From: a virus
Lineage: Duplodnaviria > Heunggongvirae > Uroviricota > Caudoviricetes
Reading direction: 5' to 3' (one strand)
Virus record (IMG/VR): IMGVR_UViG_3300029074_000008
Coordinates: 1 to 5,098 of that record
DNA: 5,098 nucleotides
Position numbers and translations under genes: made by a program. The notes below the pieces were generated by a model. It was not told the DNA's origin and made no database searches. It worked only from the letters and a program-made list of their open reading frames with translations. Below, piece by piece: positions 1-5,049 of this stretch (its first letter is position 1; the number at the start of each line of letters is the position of its first letter).

Positions 1-153
1 CGTCACGGCTATGAATTACTGATTCACCCGCACGACCCTGCGACTATCAACTATGATCGCTCGCGCTACGCATTGTTACCTGAAACAGAGAAGGCAAAGA
101 TCGAAAGTTACATTGAATTTGTCATCAACCAGAACGAAAAAAGCAAACAATAA
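1..153 (+). CDS. 3' end of an upstream CDS (C-terminal 50 codons; 5' end lies outside the window); product unknown
   Basis: Frame 1 is the only open + frame from position 1 and ends at TAA 151-153; frames 2 and 3 hit stops within the first 25 nt. It is followed 20 nt later by a canonical intrinsic terminator. Translation ...RHGYELLIHPHDPATINYDRSRYALLPETEKAKIESYIEFVINQNEKSKQ*; I do not recognise the family. Confidence 0.6.
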   Translation, partial: RHGYELLIHPHDPATINYDRSRYALLPETEKAKIESYIEFVINQNEKSKQ

Positions 154-173
154 AATCATATTTTTCAGTAAGT

Positions 174-200
174 AAGCCGCCTCATGGCGGCTTTTTTATT
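174..200 (+). terminator. Rho-independent terminator for the upstream gene
   Basis: Perfect 8-bp stem AAGCCGCC (174-181) / GGCGGCTT (186-193) with 4-nt loop TCAT, running into a T-tract TTTTTT (192-197) then ATT. Seen directly in sequence. Confidence 0.85.
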
Positions 201-209
201 GCCTATGCG

Positions 210-226
210 ATTACCTTATGGGTAAT
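210..226. promoter_or_regulatory. Operator-like palindrome, copy 1 (ATTACC-N5-GGTAAT), just upstream of the -35
   Basis: ATTACC (210-215), spacer TTATG, GGTAAT (221-226): perfect 6-bp inverted arms. The same half-sites recur at 272-288. It could alternatively act as a weak AT-rich hairpin before the T-run 226-232. Confidence 0.5.
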
Positions 227-244
227 TTTTTTAACTCATATCTA

Positions 245-273
245 TTGACATCAAACCAGATACGCATAATTAT
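245..273 (+). promoter_or_regulatory. Sigma70-type promoter (pL-like) driving the downstream + strand operon
   Basis: Perfect -35 consensus TTGACA at 245-250; 17-bp spacer; -10 candidate AATTAT at 268-273 (4/6 match, A2 and T6 present). An alternative -10, CATAAT at 265-270, has only a 14-bp spacer. It lies immediately after a terminator and before the first SD/ATG of the gene string. Confidence 0.55.
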
Positions 274-288
274 TACCTCAACGGTAAC
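272..288. promoter_or_regulatory. Operator-like palindrome, copy 2 (ATTACC-N5-GGTAAC), overlapping the -10/+1 region
   Basis: ATTACC (272-277), spacer TCAAC, GGTAAC (283-288). Same half-sites as copy 1; centres about 62 bp apart, flanking the -35. Confidence 0.5.
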
Positions 289-306
289 AGACCGAGGTAA
301 CAAGTT

Positions 307-456
307 ATGCAGTGGAAAATCATCAACGGTTGGTACTGCGTTACTGCATGCGGATTCATGAGCTGGAAGTTCCGCACCTTACAGGAAGGCATTAAGTGGG
401 CTTTCGTCAGCAAAGAAGCTCGCGATGTAGCCAACGATAACGAGATATGGGAGTAG
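307..456 (+). CDS. Small ORF (49 aa), first ORF after the promoter; hypothetical protein
   Basis: ATG 307 preceded by GAGGT (294-298) at 8-9 nt spacing; stop TAG 454-456. Translation MQWKIINGWYCVTACGFMSWKFRTLQEGIKWAFVSKEARDVANDNEIWE (Trp-rich, 2 Cys). Not in the ORF track (below the length cutoff). The track's antisense ORF 273..464 overlaps it; promoter and SD context favour the + ORF. Confidence 0.4.
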   Translation: MQWKIINGWYCVTACGFMSWKFRTLQEGIKWAFVSKEARDVANDNEIWE

Positions 457-464
457 GTTAGCAA

Positions 465-1499
465 ATGAGTGAATTATCAATCATCGAAATCACACCAGAC
501 ATGGCACCAAGAATTTACGTTGAAAAAGGGCTGGAAAAGTTTCTCGAGCAGATCCGTGAAGGTGTTAATGAAGTGCCTGACATTAGCACAGACAAAGGCA
601 GAAAGCGCATTGCATCTCTGGCTGCGAAGGTTTCAAGAAGTAAAACAGCGGTAGAAAAACCAGGACGTGATTATCTGAAACGCCTGAAAGAACAGCCGAA
701 AGTAGTTGAAGCAGAGTTACGACGCTTCGTAACCGAATGCGATCGGCTTCGTGATGAAGTACGCCGCCCACTCACCGAGTGGGAAAATGCTGAGAAATTA
801 CGCACTGAAGCACTGCAACAACGCCTGACAAATTTGCGAGCACTAGCTGACGTGATCGATCTCTCCGGAAACTACTTGCCATCATCTGATATTCAGGAAC
901 GAATTCAAGAGGCTAAATCAGTAGCACTTGATGAAAGTTGGCAGGAGTACGCAGCAGAAGCTGGAGTAGCCAAGGATTCAACCATCCAGAAACTGGAAGA
1001 ATCACTCGCAGTAGCTCAAAAACGCGAGCGTGAAGCCGCTGAGCTGGAGCGACTTCGCAAAGAAGCGGAGGAAAAAGCGCGCATTGAGCGAGAAGAGAAT
1101 ATCCGCCGGGAAGCTGCTGAACAGGCCAGGCTCGAAGCTGAACAAAAAGCGAAAGCTGAAATTGAGGCTGCGGCACGCCTGGCGGCGGAAGAAAAAGCAC
1201 GTGCAGAAGTAGCAGAACGTCAGCGAATTGAAGCAGAGCAGCGTGCACGACGCGAAAAAGAAGAAGCCGTTGCCGAGGAACGCCGACGCCAAGAGGCGGC
1301 AGAAAAAGCCCGCCTTGACGAACAGAAGCGTATCGCCGACGAAGAAGCGCGCCGAGCTGCAGATAAAGAGCATCGCCGTACCGTTAACCGCAGAGTAATC
1401 GCAGATCTGATAGCCCAAGGCATTCACGAAGAATTCGCGCAGAAAGCAATGTTGGCTATCGCTGGCGGCAAAGTGCAGGACGCGTATATCAAATATTGA
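465..1499 (+). CDS. Phage hypothetical protein (344 aa) with globular N- and C-terminal regions flanking a long ER/K-rich charged alpha-helical/coiled-coil segment
   Basis: Long ORF from the track; ATG 465 with AGGT 455-458 upstream. Residues about 185-300 are almost entirely E/A/R/K/Q (e.g. AEEKARIEREENIRREAAEQARLEAEQKAKAEIEAAARLAAEEKARAE...). Family not recognised with certainty. Confidence 0.85.
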   Translation: MSELSIIEITPDMAPRIYVEKGLEKFLEQIREGVNEVPDISTDKGRKRIASLAAKVSRSKTAVEKPGRDYLKRLKEQPKVVEAELRRFVTECDRLRDEVRRPLTEWENAEKLRTEALQQRLTNLRALADVIDLSGNYLPSSDIQERIQEAKSVALDESWQEYAAEAGVAKDSTIQKLEESLAVAQKREREAAELERLRKEAEEKARIEREENIRREAAEQARLEAEQKAKAEIEAAARLAAEEKARAEVAERQRIEAEQRARREKEEAVAEERRRQEAAEKARLDEQKRIADEEARRAADKEHRRTVNRRVIADLIAQGIHEEFAQKAMLAIAGGKVQDAYIKY

Positions 1500-1506
1500 G
1501 GTGGGT

Positions 1507-1806
1507 ATGAACGTTAATCAGCAGAAAAATCTTCAAAAAATCATGCTGGCATTCGACAAGGACTACCGTCTGTCAGAACAGCTATATGACCGACAAGTTG
1601 AACTGATTGAGAGTATCCGGCTTCATCAACTGGCATCAACTTTCGACGTTGTAACAGTTAAAGGCGTTCGCCAGGAAGTACTGGAGGCCGCTAAAGACAG
1701 CCCTGAGTTCGAAGAACTAATGGATGCCTACCGGCGCGAGGCAATGGCAATTATCGCCCGCTGGGATCTGGCTGATCAGCTTGATGGGCAGAGGGACGCG
1801 GCATGA
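1507..1806 (+). CDS. Small acidic hypothetical protein (99 aa), translationally coupled to the exonuclease gene
   Basis: ATG 1507 preceded by GAGGTGGG (1498-1505), which overlaps the upstream stop TGA 1497-1499; the track's GTG 1501 start is less likely. The stop TGA 1804-1806 overlaps the next start ATG 1803 (ATGA). By my hand count about 19 D/E versus 13 K/R. Confidence 0.8.
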   Translation: MNVNQQKNLQKIMLAFDKDYRLSEQLYDRQVELIESIRLHQLASTFDVVTVKGVRQEVLEAAKDSPEFEELMDAYRREAMAIIARWDLADQLDGQRDAA

Positions 1807-2624
1807 AACCGGGAATTTATTTCGACATCAGCAACGAAGACTACCACGCCGGTGACGGCGTGAGTAAGTCGCAACTGGACATGGTTGCCAAGAATCCGGC
1901 GCTTCTTAAATGGGTTCAGGCAGCACCAGAAGACGAAGAGAAAAAGTCTGCACTGGATATGGGAACCGCATTGCACTGTCTGCTTCTGGAGCCTGGAGAG
2001 TTCGACAAACGCTTCATTGTTTCACAGAAATTCGATCGTCGGACGAAACAAGGTAAAGCTGACGAAGAGGAATTTCTTCGTGATGTGGCGGATATGGGGA
2101 TTACGGTACTTGATGCCGAGCAGTGGCGGAAACTGGAGCTGATGCGTGATAGCGCAATGGCTCACCCGGCGGCACGCTGGATGCTGGAAGCACCTGGTTA
2201 CTGCGAAGCATCAATGTACTGGAACGATGAAGAGACGGGGGAGTTGTGCCGAATTCGTCCAGACAAATGGCTGAACGAGCACAACGTGATCGTCGACGTG
2301 AAAAAGGTTGCAGATATGGACCGTTTTGCACGCCACATCGAGGAATTCCGCTACCACGTGCAGGACGCAATGTACCGCGAAGGCGCAATGAGGGTTACTG
2401 GTCAGCCGCATGGTTTTTTCTTTCTTGCCGTGAGCGAAAGCATTGATTGTGGTCGGTATCCGGTACGCGTGTTCGAGCTGGATGCGCAGGATGTCGATGC
2501 CGGGCACGCTCTGTTCCGCCGGGATCTGAATACCTATCACGAATGCCGCATCAATGATGAATGGGGCGGTGTGGAAATCATTAAACGCCCTGAGTGGGCA
2601 CGCAAACAGGATATGTACATATGA
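1803..2624 (+). CDS. RecE-type (exonuclease VIII C-terminal-like) PD-(D/E)XK exonuclease, stand-alone nuclease domain (273 aa)
   Basis: ORF with SD GAGGGA (1791-1796) before ATG 1803. N-terminus MKPGIYFDISNEDYHAGDGVSKSQL resembles the start of the RecE-like PDDEXK nuclease domain as I remember it. PD...(D/E)XK-like motif in IRPDKWLNEHNVIVDVKKV (about 2255-2310). It sits immediately upstream of an annealing-protein gene. Confidence 0.75.
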   Translation: MKPGIYFDISNEDYHAGDGVSKSQLDMVAKNPALLKWVQAAPEDEEKKSALDMGTALHCLLLEPGEFDKRFIVSQKFDRRTKQGKADEEEFLRDVADMGITVLDAEQWRKLELMRDSAMAHPAARWMLEAPGYCEASMYWNDEETGELCRIRPDKWLNEHNVIVDVKKVADMDRFARHIEEFRYHVQDAMYREGAMRVTGQPHGFFFLAVSESIDCGRYPVRVFELDAQDVDAGHALFRRDLNTYHECRINDEWGGVEIIKRPEWARKQDMYI

Positions 2625-3562
2625 GCAACGACATCGCAAACATCAACGCACCAGTAGACACAGCAATCGCTGGAACTGCTGCAACTATTTTCAGCCCAGA
2701 CGGCTTGAACCAACTGATGAAATTCGCCGAGGTAATGGCGCAAAGCCGCGTAACGGTACCGGCGCACCTCGCCGGGAAACCAGCTGATTGCATGGCCGTG
2801 GCAATGCAGGCTGCGCAGTGGGGAATGAACCCGTTTGCCGTGGCTCAGAAAACCCATGTTGTGAACGGCACGCTAGGTTATGAAGCCCAATTAGTAAACG
2901 CAGTTATCTCAACGATGTCGCCAACAAAAGATCGCATCAACTACGAGTGGTTTGGGCCGTGGGAACGCGTGATCGGTAAGTTTGTTGAGAAAACATCCAA
3001 AAACGGCAATCCATATATCGCACCAGGCTGGACTCTAAAAGACGAAGAAGGCTGCGGTGTTCGCGTATGGGCAACCATGAAGGGCGAGGATCAACCTCGA
3101 GTGCTTGAGTTAATGCTGTCTCAAGCACAGGTAAGAAACTCCACACTTTGGGCCAGTGATCCGAAACAACAACTCGCATACCTTGCGACAAAACGCTGGT
3201 CTCGCCTGCACTGTCCTGACGTAATCATGGGCGTCTACACCCCAGACGAATTACAGGAAACGGCACCGCGCGTTGAGCGAGACATTACTCCGCAAACGAC
3301 AACTGCTGCGGGAATGAACAGTCTGATCAACGCTAAAACAGTGAAAAAGCCTGATGAGCAAACGCGTAAAGCGGATAGCCGTGATCCAGAAGAAATGCTG
3401 ATGGCCTTTACCAGCGCAGCGATGAATTACAGCACTGTCTCCGAACTGGATAAGGCTTACAAATACATTGCACAAAAACTTTCAGATGATGACGAACTGC
3501 TGGCAAAAGCCACCGACGTTTACAGCGTTCGTCGGGAAGAATTAAACGAAACATCTATGTAA
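2621..3562 (+). CDS. RecT/Red-beta-family single-strand annealing protein (313 aa)
   Basis: ATG 2621 overlaps the exonuclease stop (ATGA at 2621-2624); AGGA 2608-2611 upstream. Motif AMQAAQWGMNPFAVAQ (about 2816-2836) parallels lambda Bet ANQYGLNPWTKEIYAF (recalled from memory). Classic exonuclease-then-annealase gene order. The track's GTG 2594 start lacks an SD. Confidence 0.75.
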   Translation: MSNDIANINAPVDTAIAGTAATIFSPDGLNQLMKFAEVMAQSRVTVPAHLAGKPADCMAVAMQAAQWGMNPFAVAQKTHVVNGTLGYEAQLVNAVISTMSPTKDRINYEWFGPWERVIGKFVEKTSKNGNPYIAPGWTLKDEEGCGVRVWATMKGEDQPRVLELMLSQAQVRNSTLWASDPKQQLAYLATKRWSRLHCPDVIMGVYTPDELQETAPRVERDITPQTTTAAGMNSLINAKTVKKPDEQTRKADSRDPEEMLMAFTSAAMNYSTVSELDKAYKYIAQKLSDDDELLAKATDVYSVRREELNETSM

Positions 3563-3570
3563 CCACCACC

Positions 3571-3589
3571 GCGGCGCCACGCGCGCCGC
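3571..3589 (+). other. GC-rich perfect hairpin in the RecT/AlpA intergenic region (no U-tract)
   Basis: GCGGCGC (3571-3577), loop CACGC, GCGCCGC (3583-3589): 7 consecutive G:C pairs. Followed by ACTGCAACC, not a T-run, so not a canonical intrinsic terminator. Confidence 0.5.
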
Positions 3590-3611
3590 ACTGCAACCAA
3601 GAGAGGTATTT

Positions 3612-3860
3612 ATGAAAGGTGCATTAGGTAAGAAGGAACTCCTGGCGGTGGTGCCACTGTCATGGAGCACTATCGACCGTATGGAGCGCGCAGGTGAATT
3701 TCCTAAACGCTGGTATATCACTGACAAACGCTGCGCATGGAACCGTGACGAAGTTGAGCGTTGGCTTGATGAACGTCAGGCAGCAAGCCCGGCAGAGTTC
3801 CAGGGTAAAAAGCCTCCTGTTCAGCAACGTGTATATCGTCCTGTGAGCAACGCTGCATGA
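3612..3860 (+). CDS. AlpA/Xis-family winged-helix DNA-binding protein (82 aa)
   Basis: SD GAGAGG (3601-3606) 5 nt before ATG 3612. Translation ...ELLAVVPLSWSTIDRMERAGEFPKRWYITDKRCAWNRDEVERWL fits the AlpA/excisionase pattern (S-x-ST-I-x-R ... G-x-FP-K ... W-x-x-x-E-V-x-x-W) as I recall it. Confidence 0.75.
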   Translation: MKGALGKKELLAVVPLSWSTIDRMERAGEFPKRWYITDKRCAWNRDEVERWLDERQAASPAEFQGKKPPVQQRVYRPVSNAA

Positions 3861-3885
3861 GTGCGCTGCTAAGGCACTGGAGCAA

Positions 3886-3969
3886 ATGGTCAGGATGGTA
3901 CTTATTCCTGGCCTCTGTTTCAGCATGGCTTTATCTGCTGGCATTAATTTTCAGAGAGGGTTGGATTAA
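3886..3969 (+). CDS. Candidate 27-aa hydrophobic mini-ORF (speculative)
   Basis: ATG 3886 (GGAG 3878-3881 only about 4 nt upstream, so spacing is short); stop TAA 3967-3969. Translation MVRMVLIPGLCFSMALSAGINFQRGLD has a roughly 19-residue hydrophobic stretch. It is in the same frame as the next ORF, separated only by the TAA. Confidence 0.2.
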   Translation: MVRMVLIPGLCFSMALSAGINFQRGLD

Positions 3970-4269
3970 GTGAGAAAGTTAAGCCGACTTGAAAAATATC
4001 ACATGAACAAGGTTTCAATGCGCAGCCCTTCAAAGATTGTCGCCGTTACTCCTGCGGCGATAGAGATCGAAAAACGCGCGATTGAAAGAGAGAAAAAAGG
4101 GCAATTCCGCATTGCCGCTCACCTTTGGCTTCAGTGTATGGATGTTGCTTCTGGTGATGTTGAACGTGCAAGGATCGCGGTTCGCAGGGACCAATGTATC
4201 ACAAAAGGTAACGGCCTTCGCCGTGGCGACTATAGCGGCATAGGATGTTGTGGGGTGGTTTATGACTAA
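3970..4269 (+). CDS. Small hypothetical protein (99 aa from GTG 3970; 88 or 83 aa if it starts at ATG 4003 or ATG 4018); possibly a small regulator
   Basis: ORF from the track. The start is ambiguous: GTG 3970 directly follows an in-frame TAA. C-terminal CC pair ([10 protein letters not shown]). The segment FRIAAHLWLQCMDVASGDVERARIAVRRDQC vaguely recalls small prophage ANR-type regulators, but I cannot confirm this. Stop TAA 4267-4269 overlaps the MTase ATG 4262. Confidence 0.65.
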   Translation: MRKLSRLEKYHMNKVSMRSPSKIVAVTPAAIEIEKRAIEREKKGQFRIAAHLWLQCMDVASGDVERARIAVRRDQCITKGNGLRRGDYSGIGCCGVVYD

Positions 4270-4912
4270 GAAATACACACTAATCTATGCAGATCCACCC
4301 TGGGTATACCGGGACAAAGCCGCAGATGGTAATCGCGGTGCCAGTTTTAAATATCCGGTTATGAGTGTGATGGATATCTGCCGCCTTCCTGTGTGGGATT
4401 TGGCCGATGAAAACTGTCTGTTGGCCATGTGGTGGGTGCCAACACAACCACTCGAAGCGCTAAAAGTTGTTGAAGCCTGGGGATTCCGTCTGATGACCAT
4501 GAAGGGCTTCACGTGGATAAAATGTGGTAGTCGACAACCAGATAAACTGGTTATGGGTATGGGGCACATGACTCGCGCCAATAGTGAAGATTGCCTGTTT
4601 GCGGTAAAGGGAAAGCTACCTACGCGCATTAATGCAGGGATCGTTCAGTCATTTACCGCACCGCGGCTTGAGCATTCAAGAAAACCAGATATCGTTCGTG
4701 AAAAACTTGTGCAATTGTTAGGCGATGTTTCTCGCATTGAACTGTTCGCCCGCCAGACGTCTCATGGCTTCGATGTTTGGGGTAATCAGTGCGAAGACCC
4801 GGCAGTGCAACTACACCCTGGATACGCGTTGGATATTGGCGGATTAACAAATGCATTCAGCAATGCTCCGGTGTCACCAATAGACAACCAGGGGCGGGAG
4901 CGTGCAGCATGA
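4262..4912 (+). CDS. MT-A70-family N6-adenine DNA methyltransferase (216 aa), apparently orphan (no cognate nuclease in window)
   Basis: Motif IYADPPW (DPPW, catalytic motif IV; GAT at 4292-4294) near the N-terminus, and EHSRKPD near the C-terminal third. The ATG 4262 start is preferred over the track's GTG 4250. The stop TGA 4910-4912 overlaps the next ATG 4909. Confidence 0.85.
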   Translation: MTKKYTLIYADPPWVYRDKAADGNRGASFKYPVMSVMDICRLPVWDLADENCLLAMWWVPTQPLEALKVVEAWGFRLMTMKGFTWIKCGSRQPDKLVMGMGHMTRANSEDCLFAVKGKLPTRINAGIVQSFTAPRLEHSRKPDIVREKLVQLLGDVSRIELFARQTSHGFDVWGNQCEDPAVQLHPGYALDIGGLTNAFSNAPVSPIDNQGRERAA

Positions 4913-5049
4913 ACCTATATCAACGCATCAATGGCGCTGACTGGTGCAATATCTTCGTCGTCGGCGATCTGCATGGGTGCTACACGCTGCTGATGAACGA
5001 ACTCGACAAAGTTTCATTCGACCCACTCAATTATTTACGACAAACATAA
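4909..5049 (+). pseudogene. Truncated lambda-type Ser/Thr protein phosphatase (metallophosphoesterase): only the N-terminal 46 codons
   Basis: [39 protein letters not shown] closely parallels the lambda PPase N-terminus (...[25 protein letters not shown]..., recalled) and includes the GDxHG metal-binding motif. Similarity stops after FDP (about 5025) and the frame ends at TAA 5047-5049. No continuation with the expected second motif (roughly ISVGDL-DRG) exists in any + frame of the remaining about 70 nt. Confidence 0.7.

Noticed and set aside
210-232. ATTACC...GGTAAT hairpin plus T7 run as a second tandem terminator
   Set aside because: The stem is only 6 bp and AT-rich (weak). Because the same palindrome recurs at 272-288 without a T-run, an operator interpretation explains both copies better. 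A minor terminator role cannot be excluded.
273-464. Minus-strand 63-aa ORF overlapping the promoter and the small + ORF
   Set aside because: It would be transcribed against the promoter and terminator organisation, has no SD, and runs across the operator and -10 region. The + strand 49-aa ORF has proper SD and ATG context. Considered spurious.
913-1427. Minus-strand ORFs 913..1248, 1002..1427, 1220..1423 and + strand alternative-frame ORF 1030..1212 from the track
   Set aside because: They all lie inside the GAA/GCG/GCA-rich low-complexity segment that encodes the ER/K helix of the 344-aa protein. Such purine-rich repeats are stop-codon-poor in several frames, and the translations are low-complexity (poly-F/L/S/R, poly-K/R) with no start context. 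Artefacts of the composition.
2101-2857. Minus-strand ORFs 2101..2388, 2211..2639, 2537..2857, 2581..2793 and + strand alternative-frame ORFs 1885..2142, 2246..2446, 2554..2787
   Set aside because: All are embedded antisense or out of frame within the exonuclease and RecT-like genes, which carry recognisable protein motifs. No independent start context or recognisable motifs.
3571-3589. GC hairpin as a lambda-type nut boxB or an intrinsic terminator
   Set aside because: The loop (CACGC) is not the purine-rich GAAGA/GAAAA of boxB and no boxA-like CGCTCTTA is nearby. No downstream U-tract, so not a canonical intrinsic terminator. Kept only as a generic RNA hairpin.
1501-4261. GTG start codons proposed by the ORF track at 1501, 2594 and 4250
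   Set aside because: In each case an in-frame ATG a few codons downstream (1507, 2621, 4262) has a better-placed Shine-Dalgarno sequence and/or forms a start/stop overlap with the preceding gene. The GTGs lack SD support.
4511-4519. DnaA-box-like 9-mer (CGTGGATAA) inside the methyltransferase gene
   Set aside because: A single 8/9 match inside a coding region with no cluster of boxes or AT-rich unwinding element; expected by chance.
2937-4856. Other antisense ORFs from the track (2937..3191, 3251..3475, 3542..3727, 3660..3944, 4030..4278, 4285..4629, 4653..4856) and the + strand ORF 4789..5049 upstream extension
   Set aside because: They overlap well-supported + strand genes (RecT-like, AlpA-like, MTase) on the opposite strand or in another frame. 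The 4789 start merely extends the phosphatase frame upstream into the MTase gene; ATG 4909 with GGGAG upstream is the plausible start.
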